From Spirochaetia bacterium (GTDB lineage Bacteria > Spirochaetota > Spirochaetia > CAKZLE01), in contig OY782041.1 of the NCBI GenBank assembly GCA_963677595.1, forward strand, positions 2,592,001 through 2,656,000: 64,000 nt of DNA, in the 5' to 3' direction. The notes under the pieces are model-generated. The model saw only the letters and a list, made by a program, of their open reading frames with translations, ran no database searches and had not been told where the DNA came from. Within the stretch, counting starts at the first letter, position 1. Each line of letters begins with the position of its first letter. Below are positions 9,084-20,359 of this stretch, piece after piece. The translations under genes were made by a program, and so were the position numbers.

Positions 9084-10472
9084 CTATTCGAGGACAGCCT
9101 TCATCTCTTTCTCAGCCCAATCCATGGCAGCATCAATGTCCATGCCTTCCTGGGTGATCTTGTAGATCATCTGAGGAATGATCTGCTGTGTGGTGATGAC
9201 GGTCGCGTCGTTCATCTTCTTACCGTCGACGATGCTGAATGATGCGATATCATTCATACCTTCAGCGATCTCAGCCATCTTCTCAGGACCGTAGTGCTTG
9301 AAGATTCCATTAGGATCGTTCTGGAAACGTGCATTCTCTGCGATTCCCTTGATGACAGGGTTCATTCCGCCAGGTGCCATGTGCAGGAAGGTGATGTATG
9401 CGTTCTGGGTATAGAGGTATCTCAGGAAGTCTGAAGCAGCCTGTGTCTTTGCAGCATCCGGCTGGTTGATCAGCCCCATGGTTACGACGACACCATAACC
9501 TGCAGTCTCGGTGTTGGTGATCAGAGGAGACATCTTGGTATGGTCTACGAGTTCTGGATCGAAATCGTCACCTGCGAGGTCCGCGAAGTTCTCTGAGGTG
9601 AGGGAACCTGCAGCGACTTCTGCCAGTGAGAGGTCATCCATGATATAGGTTGAGTAGAAGAACATTGCCATCTTGCCTTGGAGATAGTAGTCTCGGGCTC
9701 TCCAGGTCTGTGGTCCTGGAGGATTGTATTTAGCGAGTTCGGTATAGATCTCGACTGCTTCTTTCATCTCAGGTGAGTTGAAGATCAGTTCTCCATCACT
9801 GTTGAACAGCTGTGCGCCGTTTGACATAGCGAACGGGGTGAAGCACTGTTCAGCGAAGTTCTCAGGTTTGGTTCCTACGAGAATACCATACTGGTTGTCT
9901 TCCGGTTTGTAGAAGTACTTTGCAGCCTTGAGGATGTTATCCCAGGTGTTCGGAGCTTCCAGACCTGCTTCCTCGAACCAGTCTGACCGGTACCAGATTC
10001 CCTGTACCCAACCATGGTATGGCAACGCATAGGGTTCACCGTTCTCGCTTTCTACGAGCTTCATAGCTCCTTCGTAGAAAGAGTCTACACCGATCTTGTC
10101 GATCAGTGCCTGGTTTGCATCTACGTTCATCAGTCCGTCAACACCGAATGCCACAGCGTTCTCTGCTCCGATCTCGATGAGAGCGGGGAGAGTCCCTGCT
10201 GATGATGCAGTCTGGAGCTGGGTAGCCATATCATTCTCATCTACCGGGATGAGTTTGATCTTGACATCTGGATTGAGTGCTTCGTAGGTGTCGATCAGTA
10301 CCTGGATGGTAGCCTGACGGTCTGACTGAGTCTCTGTTGACCAGAATTCGAATTCCACAGGACCTGATGGGGTCGCTTCGACGGCTTCTCCTTCACCTTG
10401 AGCGAAGATAGCAGCAGGTGCTAAGAGCAGGGCGATGAGAGCTACTGTCATGATTCTTGACAGCTTTTTCAT
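9084..10472 (-). CDS. Carbohydrate ABC substrate-binding protein (YcjN-like)
   Basis: Signal peptide; SBP_bac_1-like; PPGPQTWRARDYYLQGKMAMFFYSTY. Confidence 0.92.
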   Translation of the reverse strand: MKKLSRIMTVALIALLLAPAAIFAQGEGEAVEATPSGPVEFEFWSTETQSDRQATIQVLIDTYEALNPDVKIKLIPVDENDMATQLQTASSAGTLPALIEIGAENAVAFGVDGLMNVDANQALIDKIGVDSFYEGAMKLVESENGEPYALPYHGWVQGIWYRSDWFEEAGLEAPNTWDNILKAAKYFYKPEDNQYGILVGTKPENFAEQCFTPFAMSNGAQLFNSDGELIFNSPEMKEAVEIYTELAKYNPPGPQTWRARDYYLQGKMAMFFYSTYIMDDLSLAEVAAGSLTSENFADLAGDDFDPELVDHTKMSPLITNTETAGYGVVVTMGLINQPDAAKTQAASDFLRYLYTQNAYITFLHMAPGGMNPVIKGIAENARFQNDPNGIFKHYGPEKMAEIAEGMNDIASFSIVDGKKMNDATVITTQQIIPQMIYKITQEGMDIDAAMDWAEKEMKAVLE

Positions 10473-10611
10473 GGTAAACCTCCTTACGGTTCTCTATCGG
10501 GATAGTTCCAAAGATGCGTGATGCGGATGATGTCTGAAAAGTCCTGTTCTCTCTCCCGATCCATAATTCATACAGGGCTTAGGATTTCCCTGCATATCTT
10601 CTATTTCAAGA

Positions 10612-11604
10612 TCACCTCAATGATGACCTGATAACCAGTTTTGGTGTGATACTGATCTCGTCGTTCTGTATATCCTCGATCTTCCCGGATAATCTTTTCA
10701 GCAGATAATCGACAGCCATCTCACTCTTCTTTATGACGAACTGTTTCATCGTCGTGATGCCCAGTGTCTCGGCTATGGAGAGATCATCGAATCCCATGAT
10801 CCCCATGTCCTGCGGGACCCGCATGTCGAACTCTCTCAGGTACCGGTAGCCTCCCGCGGCCATATCATCACAACCGTAGAAGATCGCATCAGGCGGGACC
10901 TCGAGGGACATCAGTTCCTTGGTCGCCTCATAACCGCCGTCTGCGGACAGCGGGGCAGTACGGTAGTATTGCTTCAGTAATGGACGTCCAGCCTGCTCGA
11001 GAGCAGAGGAGAACCCCATGTATCGATCGCTGATATGCTCATCATCTGGAACCCAGCCTACGAAGGCTATGCGTTCATAGCCCCGGGAAAGCATATACTT
11101 TGCAGCATCCTGACAACCGACGAAGTTGTTGGTGCTGATCGATTTCTCGTTCTCGCATCTGGCCTGCATGAGGACCAGGGGGATTCCCAGGTTCTTGAAG
11201 AACTCAGACCCCTCTTCATTGAGGATCGCGGCACTGATGATGAGTCCATCCACTTTAGATAGATAATCCAGGTGCTGAGAGAAGTAGTGGTGGACATTCT
11301 GCCGTTTCCCGAGATTGAAGAGCAGCAACTGATATGGGCTTCCTGCCAGCTGTCTCTCGATAGCTCCCATGAGGGTGCAGGTAAAGAGAGACTGCGCATC
11401 AGAGAAGGTGAGACCGATGATCTGTTTCTGTTTGCCATATGGCTTTTTCAGAGTGAAATCACTAGTCTCCAGGTATTTCATGATAGCTTTCCGGGTCTCC
11501 TCGTTCACGAGTTCCGGATGGTTCATCACTCGAGATACCGTACTCGGACTGTACCCTGTGAGTTCAGATAACTCCTTAACTGTAAGTTTCTCTTTGCTGC
11601 CCAT
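10612..11604 (-). CDS. LacI-family transcriptional regulator
   Basis: TVKELSELTGYSPSTVSRVMN HTH; RVPQDMGIMGFDD. Confidence 0.93.
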   Translation of the reverse strand: MGSKEKLTVKELSELTGYSPSTVSRVMNHPELVNEETRKAIMKYLETSDFTLKKPYGKQKQIIGLTFSDAQSLFTCTLMGAIERQLAGSPYQLLLFNLGKRQNVHHYFSQHLDYLSKVDGLIISAAILNEEGSEFFKNLGIPLVLMQARCENEKSISTNNFVGCQDAAKYMLSRGYERIAFVGWVPDDEHISDRYMGFSSALEQAGRPLLKQYYRTAPLSADGGYEATKELMSLEVPPDAIFYGCDDMAAGGYRYLREFDMRVPQDMGIMGFDDLSIAETLGITTMKQFVIKKSEMAVDYLLKRLSGKIEDIQNDEISITPKLVIRSSLR

Positions 11605-11681
11605 GATCTGACCTTATCATCGCTGAAATGAGAAGTCAATGAAAATTGCACAAAAAGTATAAAAACTTTCATTGAAATATA

Positions 11682-11693
11682 TGAAATATTTCA
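11682..11693. promoter_or_regulatory. Candidate LacI operator
   Basis: Palindrome tgaaatatttca in the AT-rich region upstream of the LacI gene. Confidence 0.4.
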
Positions 11694-11768
11694 GTAGGTG
11701 GTACAGATTCTTTCTTCTTGAATTTCAAGAGGGTTTTTTCTAATTATCTATGAATAAATAAGTAATGA

Positions 11769-12941
11769 TCATAACAGGCAGGATTCTATGAGATTTTCCA
11801 TATATTCCACGGTCTCATCCCTGTTTTCATGAGATTTCATAGTGGTCTCCCAGGAGGTACGGTAGGTCTCATAAGAATCGATCATGCCTTGAGCTTCAGC
11901 CTGCAGGGGGCTGACCAATCGTTCTGCTTCATCGTCACTGCAGAGATCGGGGAACTCCGTTCTGAGGGCATCTACGCAGTATCGATACAGGGACTCTCTA
12001 TCATGGAGGAAGGGGCCGGGATAGGGGGAGAGATCGAGCTCCGGGTATCGGGACTGTTTCTCCAGAGCATAGAGGAACCTGCTGAAATCCGAGAGCATCT
12101 TCTGCATCTGTGCTTCACGGGTAATCCCTGAATGCTTCGGCGGCAGATGAACGATCGGTATATCACGGTGGAAGAACCAGGAGAATCCATGATTGAGCGC
12201 ATTGATCACATAATCGAAATCCTCTCCCCTTGCGATATATTCATCATGACAGATCGAGGCCATCAATCTCCTGCTGAATACCATGTTCCCACCAAAGGCC
12301 ACATGGGAAGCATGTGGCTGTACCGAATCCTGCATCGCCTCATCTACCGCAAGGTTGATCAGATGGGCTTTCTTCAGGAACGGGTTGCTCATAGTCTCAT
12401 CACCTTCTGTCGGGAGCAAGTATCCCCCTTCGGGATTCAGATAGACCCCGGACATCCCGTGGATCTCAGGCTGGTCTCTCATCGTCTGAACGATCGTATC
12501 AAGATAGCTGCTATCCCCTATGACCTCATCATCATCGATGGCGACCACATATTCTGCCCCGCAGAGATAGGGGACTGCCAACTGGACGTTCCTGATACTG
12601 CCGTAACTCTTCAGACATAACGATGGGATTTCCAGTGATTCCTGTAGTGCATCTACATCCTTCCCCGTGACTAGACAGATGGGTTTCTTCTCTGTATAGG
12701 GTCCCAGGATTTTTCTGACTGCCTGTTCGGCAGCTTCCTGTAGGTGGCTGTGTGTCACGGCCAGGATAATCAGCAGTGTGAAGTCCTGCGGGAGACTGCA
12801 GAGACTATTGACGGTCCTCTCGAGGGTCTGTGGTCCATCTATCGGGGTCGGATGGTCGAATGCCCCGGTGTCAGCCGGATGCTCTTCAGTACCGTTCTCT
12901 CCCCAATATGTCGGTACGGTGATCCATAGTGGTCGTCTCAT
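11769..12941 (-). CDS. GT-A fold (family 2-like) glycosyltransferase
   Basis: YGSIRN, IDDDE (DxD), FGGNMV, RGEDFDY. Confidence 0.8.
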   Translation of the reverse strand: MRRPLWITVPTYWGENGTEEHPADTGAFDHPTPIDGPQTLERTVNSLCSLPQDFTLLIILAVTHSHLQEAAEQAVRKILGPYTEKKPICLVTGKDVDALQESLEIPSLCLKSYGSIRNVQLAVPYLCGAEYVVAIDDDEVIGDSSYLDTIVQTMRDQPEIHGMSGVYLNPEGGYLLPTEGDETMSNPFLKKAHLINLAVDEAMQDSVQPHASHVAFGGNMVFSRRLMASICHDEYIARGEDFDYVINALNHGFSWFFHRDIPIVHLPPKHSGITREAQMQKMLSDFSRFLYALEKQSRYPELDLSPYPGPFLHDRESLYRYCVDALRTEFPDLCSDDEAERLVSPLQAEAQGMIDSYETYRTSWETTMKSHENRDETVEYMENLIESCLL

Positions 12942-13014
12942 GGCAGTCCCCCTGCGAATCTGGCATTTCTGTCCAGTCTACTGTCCTTGTGGACAGAAAG
13001 CAATGAGTGTATGA

Positions 13015-13242
13015 ATGTTTCAAGCAGATGCAAATAATTATTTGTACTGGCTTGACCAACTGTCACTGCTGAAGACGCTTAGTGATCTCAAAGGCGGGAC
13101 GCAGAAGATCAGTAAGAAACGGCTTCGCAAGATGTTCGGCTGGAACTTCAATGATTCCCTGTCTGAAGCCCTGACCCTGATGGATCCCTACACCTTTGCC
13201 AGAGCCGTGGAGATCACCCCAAGGAAACCTCGGAAACGGTAA
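13015..13242 (+). CDS. Small basic hypothetical protein or gene remnant
   Basis: 75-aa ORF followed by a hairpin at ~13261-13292; no family recognised. Confidence 0.3.
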   Translation: MFQADANNYLYWLDQLSLLKTLSDLKGGTQKISKKRLRKMFGWNFNDSLSEALTLMDPYTFARAVEITPRKPRKR

Positions 13243-13489
13243 CACATACCGTCAATACGAAGCAGCCCCCATTCCTGGCATGTGGGACTGCTTGGCATGC
13301 CCCAATACATTCCAATCTATTCAATAGTGCCTACCGATGAGTTTGTCCCGGCCCTGTGTGTGACCTTGAATTCTGCATCATGACTTGGCAACTTAGGCAA
13401 CATGCATGTTGATGCGTAAGTCCTCCTAACCCAACCTTTTTGATCAGATTTCCTTGAGATATCGCATCAAAGGTATATACTGGTTATAA

Positions 13490-15817
<2,328 letters not shown>

Positions 15818-15847
15818 TGGCAAAGGGGAGAATCATCGACTATTAAT

Positions 15848-15879
15848 AGGAAGGGAGCTGTGTTGACAGCTCCCTTCCT
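15848..15879. terminator. Bidirectional terminator-like hairpin between katG and leuD
   Basis: aggaagggagctgt...acagctcccttcct. Confidence 0.75.
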
Positions 15880-15911
15880 GCTAAGATATCACATGTAACT
15901 ATAAGGATATG

Positions 15912-16448
15912 TTAGTAATTGGAATCAGCGAACTCTACCCAGCCCCCTGCCTCGACCAGGGTCTTGTCGAACTCGGAGAGGCTGAAGGGTACGGTAACGC
16001 TCTCCTTCCCTGATGTGAAGGTGAACTCCATGGCATCAAGGTCAGTGGTCACCGAGGCAGTGCTGCCGGCGAAGGTGCTGAAGAGCATGTCGATCTGCTC
16101 CTTGGGCAGTTCCACGGCCATCATCCCGCAGTTGTACATGTTCTGCCGGTAGATCCGTGAGAACCCTTCCGCGATCACCAGGTAGATCCCGTTGACCTCG
16201 AGGGCCCAGGGGGCATGCTCACGTGAGGAGCCGCAGCCGAAGTTGTTCCGGGTCACGACGACCCCGATCCCCTTAAGACTCTCGGCGGGGTCGAACCCCT
16301 CGAGTTTCAGGTCCTCGAGCAGGTAGGGCTTCAACGCCTCCTTTGAGATCTCGGTAAGGTATTTTGCCGGGATGATCTCATCGGTGTTGATGTCGTCCCG
16401 GTCGAGGAAGAGGATGTTCCCCTTGAATTTATCGCTTTTACTACTCAT
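15912..16448 (-). CDS. leuD: 3-isopropylmalate dehydratase small subunit
   Basis: DDINTDEIIPAKYL, NFGCGSSREHAPWAL. Confidence 0.92.
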   Translation of the reverse strand: MSSKSDKFKGNILFLDRDDINTDEIIPAKYLTEISKEALKPYLLEDLKLEGFDPAESLKGIGVVVTRNNFGCGSSREHAPWALEVNGIYLVIAEGFSRIYRQNMYNCGMMAVELPKEQIDMLFSTFAGSTASVTTDLDAMEFTFTSGKESVTVPFSLSEFDKTLVEAGGWVEFADSNY

Positions 16449-17739
16449 CTGATCCTCCTGTGAATGCCGGGGAGACCGACAGTGTTCCAGCAACTGCCGT
16501 TGCGGCAGCAGAGGCCGGGCTCATGAGGTGGACCATACCGCCTTTCCCCATCCGTCCGTTGAAGTTCCTGTTGGTGGTGGAGGCACAGACCTCATTGTTT
16601 GCAAGTACCCCGTTGCTCATCCCAAGGCAGGCACCGCAGGTCGGGTTCGTCACGCAGAACCCTGCATCCATGAAGATGTCGATGAGGCCCTCCTTGAGTG
16701 CCTGCTTGTAGATGTCGGGGGTGGCAGGGGAGAGGATACCCCGGACACCCGGAGCAACCTTCTTGCCCTTCAGTACCGCAGCAGCCTCCCGGAGGTCGCT
16801 GATCCGGCCGTTGGTGCAGCTCCCGATATAGACCTGGTCCACGGGAGTGGATTCGAACTCGGTTATCGGCTTCACGTGGTCCGGCTTGTACCCGAAGGTT
16901 GCTACCGGTGCGAGGTCTGAAACGTCGATCGTGATGACATCTGCATAGACGGCATCCTCATCGGCGACCCACTTGCTGTATTCGGCGAGTGCTGCTTCCT
17001 TGGAATCGAACTCATCGGAGATGAAGTCCCAGAGGTACTCGACTGTGGTCATGTCAGGGTAGCAGATACCGGTGGTACCGCCTGCCTCGATGGCCATGTT
17101 CGACAGCGTCATCCTCGACTCCATGGAGAAGCCGTCGATGACCGGTCCGGTGAACTCGATGACCTTGTTCGTCGCGCCGTTCACCCCGATCTTCCCGATG
17201 ATCGCGAGGATCACATCCTTCGCGAACACTCCCGGCTGCAGGGTCCCGGTGATCTCGACCTTCAGGGTCTCAGGCGTCCTGAAGCTGCAGACCCCCTTGA
17301 GGATACCGACCTCGAGGTCGGTGGTCCCGACGCCTGCTGCGAATGCGCAGAAGGCCCCATGCGTACAGGTGTGGGAGTCCCCCATGATGACGGTGAATCC
17401 CGGTCGCACGAATCCCTTCTCCGGGAAGATCGCATGGCAGACGCCATTCTCCCCGATATCGAAGAAATCCTTGATCCCCTGGCGTTTTGCCCAGTCGCGC
17501 ATGATCTTTCCCTGTTCAGCGGTCTTTGAGTCCTTCGCCGGTGTGACGTGGTCGATTACGGCCTTGATCTTGTCCGGATCGAAGACACGGTCCTTTCCCC
17601 GTGTCACGAGATCATTGATCGCTATCGGTGTGGTGATCTCGTGGCAGAATACTCTATCCAGCGAGAGGATGCTGATATCTGCACCCTGATTGTCGACCAG
17701 ATGAGCTTCAAAGATCTTCTCTGCTACTGTCTTTCCCAT
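16441..17739 (-). CDS. leuC: 3-isopropylmalate dehydratase large subunit
   Basis: GDSHTCTHGA, IGSCTNGR, CGACLG, STTNRNFNGRMG. Confidence 0.93.
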   Translation of the reverse strand: MGKTVAEKIFEAHLVDNQGADISILSLDRVFCHEITTPIAINDLVTRGKDRVFDPDKIKAVIDHVTPAKDSKTAEQGKIMRDWAKRQGIKDFFDIGENGVCHAIFPEKGFVRPGFTVIMGDSHTCTHGAFCAFAAGVGTTDLEVGILKGVCSFRTPETLKVEITGTLQPGVFAKDVILAIIGKIGVNGATNKVIEFTGPVIDGFSMESRMTLSNMAIEAGGTTGICYPDMTTVEYLWDFISDEFDSKEAALAEYSKWVADEDAVYADVITIDVSDLAPVATFGYKPDHVKPITEFESTPVDQVYIGSCTNGRISDLREAAAVLKGKKVAPGVRGILSPATPDIYKQALKEGLIDIFMDAGFCVTNPTCGACLGMSNGVLANNEVCASTTNRNFNGRMGKGGMVHLMSPASAAATAVAGTLSVSPAFTGGSDE

Positions 17740-17778
17740 ATGTTCTCCTATCTATTACGGGCCATATCAGCCCGTGAT

Positions 17779-18369
17779 CTAGCTTTCGCTGCGGAAGACC
17801 CTCGGCGGCGATACGATCCAGATCGCTTTGAGGCTGGTCTTCCCGCTATTCTTCAGGGTATGCGGGATGTGGGAGGAGAAGGAGACGCTGTCATCGATCC
17901 CCAACTCATACCGCTTGTTCCCATACACCAGCTCGGCGCTCCCCTCGAGGATGATCCCCATCTCCCGTCCCGGGTGGCCGAACTCCTCGCTCCCGCGTTC
18001 CCCGCCGACCTCGATCGTCAACTCCAGTGCCTCGAAGGCGAAATCCTCCGTCGAATCGATCGGGGGGGAGAGCTGTTCATAGCTGACCTGCTGCAGCCTC
18101 AGGTGGTTCCGGTCCTCCTTATGGACGATCTTCACCTTCCTCGGTTTCTGCAGGTCCCGAAACAGGTACTCCAGGTCTATGTCAAGTTCATCGGTGATGG
18201 CGAGCAGCGTGTCGAGCGAGGGTGAGACCCGGTTGTTCTCGATCTGCGAGAGCAGGCTCGTGCTCACCCCAAGCGATTCTGAGAGTGTCCGCAGCGTGAT
18301 CTTCTGCCGTTCACGTATCTTTTTGATCTTCTCCCCGAACCGGTATGCCTCTTTCTTCTCTGCCATCAT
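17779..18369 (-). CDS. XRE HTH + cupin transcriptional regulator
   Basis: FGEKIKKIRE...LLSQIENNRVSPSLDTL; HPGRE...PH cupin. Confidence 0.92.
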   Translation of the reverse strand: MMAEKKEAYRFGEKIKKIRERQKITLRTLSESLGVSTSLLSQIENNRVSPSLDTLLAITDELDIDLEYLFRDLQKPRKVKIVHKEDRNHLRLQQVSYEQLSPPIDSTEDFAFEALELTIEVGGERGSEEFGHPGREMGIILEGSAELVYGNKRYELGIDDSVSFSSHIPHTLKNSGKTSLKAIWIVSPPRVFRSES

Positions 18370-18531
18370 CTCCGCCTGGTTGTTTAAAAATACTAAATAT
18401 GTATAAGTATTTATAAAACCAGATGGCTGGTTTGTCAAGGTGAAAGAAAGCGATTCATGGAATTGCATGATATATGGTACTATGGAGACTAAAGCAGTGG
18501 TACACTGAAGATTAACGACAGGGGGACAACG

Positions 18532-18882
18532 ATGTTCATATCGCACAGGGACGAGATAGAGAAGCAGGTCCAGGCAGGGGATGCCCTCAAGGGGGTGACC
18601 AAGCAGATCCTCATCGGGCCGCATGAGGGATGGGATGACTACGTCATGAGGATGTTCACCCTCGAGTCAGGCGGCTATGCACCGATGCATGCACATGACT
18701 GGCCCCACATCGTGTATGCGGTCGAGGGGGAGGGGGTCCTCCATTTCGAAGGTGAGGAGCATCCGCTGCCCAGCGGGGCTACCGCCTATGTCGACAGCAA
18801 TGCCACCCACCAGATCAGGAATGCGGGGGACGGGAAGTTCGTCTTCATCTGCATCGTGCCGAGGAGGGGGGACCCCGTCTGA
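18532..18882 (+). CDS. Cupin domain protein
   Basis: HAHDWPH...GEG...HQIRN. Confidence 0.9.
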   Translation: MFISHRDEIEKQVQAGDALKGVTKQILIGPHEGWDDYVMRMFTLESGGYAPMHAHDWPHIVYAVEGEGVLHFEGEEHPLPSGATAYVDSNATHQIRNAGDGKFVFICIVPRRGDPV

Positions 18883-18892
18883 GCATAAAGAA

Positions 18893-18931
18893 GCCGTCGC
18901 TGCGGGAAAACAATGACCTTGCAGCGACGGC
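18893..18931. terminator. Hairpin between convergent cupin and trxA genes
   Basis: gccgtcgctgc...gcagcgacggc. Confidence 0.65.
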
Positions 18932-18968
18932 CGATACTACATGCGATTCGGAGTGTCCTTATTCAGTA

Positions 18969-19319
18969 TTACGGCAGCAGGATATCGTTGATAGCCTGTT
19001 CGAAGCTCTGTTTCGGCAGGGCTCCCATGGCAGCCTGGGGCTGTCCTTCCTTCGGGACGAAGAGTATTGTGGGGATACTCCTGATCTCGAACATCCCGGC
19101 CAGCTGCTGCTGTTCCTCGGTATTCACCTTGAAGATGTCGATCTTGCCCTCATAGTCCTTTGCCAGTTCTTCGAGGACCGGTGCCACCATCTTACAGGGA
19201 CCGCACCAGTCTGCGTAGAAGTCGATGATGCAGGGTTTGTCACCTGCGAACTTCCATTCTTTGCTCTCTTCCCAATTGAAGACCTTTTCCTTGAATGTAT
19301 CCAGAGTTAAATGTTCCAT
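18969..19319 (-). CDS. trxA: Thioredoxin
   Basis: DFYADWCGPCK, SIPT. Confidence 0.97.
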   Translation of the reverse strand: MEHLTLDTFKEKVFNWEESKEWKFAGDKPCIIDFYADWCGPCKMVAPVLEELAKDYEGKIDIFKVNTEEQQQLAGMFEIRSIPTILFVPKEGQPQAAMGALPKQSFEQAINDILLP

Positions 19320-19491
19320 ACGTTTTCTCCCGTTCTTATGCTTTGTATTAATTCATTATTAAAATACTAATAAATAGCAAAAAGTCAAATCAATTTTGAC
19401 ATATACCAGAAATCGGGTTTTTCCTCCTCATATTTATATGATACCATACCTACACTCAACATGAGCACTGTTTTTTTCTGAAGGAGATTCG

Positions 19492-20259
19492 GTGATGATA
19501 CGAAGGACTGTCCTGGTCGTCTTGTTGGCTTGTTTGGTGATCTTCCCGCTCAGCGGGGCTCCTGCCGAGAGTGGGAACGCTGCGGCGGCCGGTGTGAATG
19601 GCTACCTCGTCATCCCCAGTGCGGTTCCTGCCTGGGCAGAGAACGATGGGACGGTGACGATCGGTTACTCGGCGAATCTCTCCGGTAACGGGTTCAGCCA
19701 TATACCCTACCTCCAGGTAGGCGTGAACGGGCAGCTCGAGTTCGCCCTGAGTGCCGATCTCGGTACTGGCGCTGCGATCCTCTTCAACGGGAAGCTGCGG
19801 GTGGATAGGGCTACCGGCAGGTCCCTTGCCTTCGGGGTCAACGGGCAGCTCCTGCAGATCACTCCGTCGTTGGACTGGGCAGCCCAGCTCTACGGGGCCT
19901 ACACCTTCTCCGGCAACATCCTGAACCGGTCTGCTTCGGCGACCCTCATGCTGGGGTATACCCTGCGGCCGAGTATCAGTTCCAACATCGATTATGGGAT
20001 GGGGCTGGAGTTCCCGTTCCTCGAGGATGTCTTCAACGGGAAGGTAGACTTCGTCCTCGACTTCGGGAACATCTCCTACAGTGCAGCCCCGAGCATCACG
20101 GATGCCGGGAACCGGGGCATGGTGAACCTCGGCCTCAGGCTGCGCCCGATAACGCTCACGGACGGGATCTATTTCAGCGCCGACCTGCGTACCCTCGATA
20201 TCATGGATGCGGCAGACCGGGGACTGAGCCTCGGGGTCGGTTTCTCCTTCGAACCCTGA
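19492..20259 (+). CDS. Secreted hypothetical protein, possible outer-membrane beta-barrel
   Basis: Signal peptide; alternating amphipathic strands; ends LGVGFSFEP. Confidence 0.7.
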   Translation: MMIRRTVLVVLLACLVIFPLSGAPAESGNAAAAGVNGYLVIPSAVPAWAENDGTVTIGYSANLSGNGFSHIPYLQVGVNGQLEFALSADLGTGAAILFNGKLRVDRATGRSLAFGVNGQLLQITPSLDWAAQLYGAYTFSGNILNRSASATLMLGYTLRPSISSNIDYGMGLEFPFLEDVFNGKVDFVLDFGNISYSAAPSITDAGNRGMVNLGLRLRPITLTDGIYFSADLRTLDIMDAADRGLSLGVGFSFEP

Positions 20260-20359
20260 TCACCTGAATCTATATTCATGTAATACAATGCACGCATATT
20301 GACAGACACCCCCATCTGCAGGTACTGTGCTGGTGTCAACACAGCAGAGAGGTGAGAAG

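Noticed and set aside
17779-18624. 281-aa version of the XRE regulator
   Set aside because: The extension crosses the promoter and the opposite-strand cupin gene; homology begins near 18369
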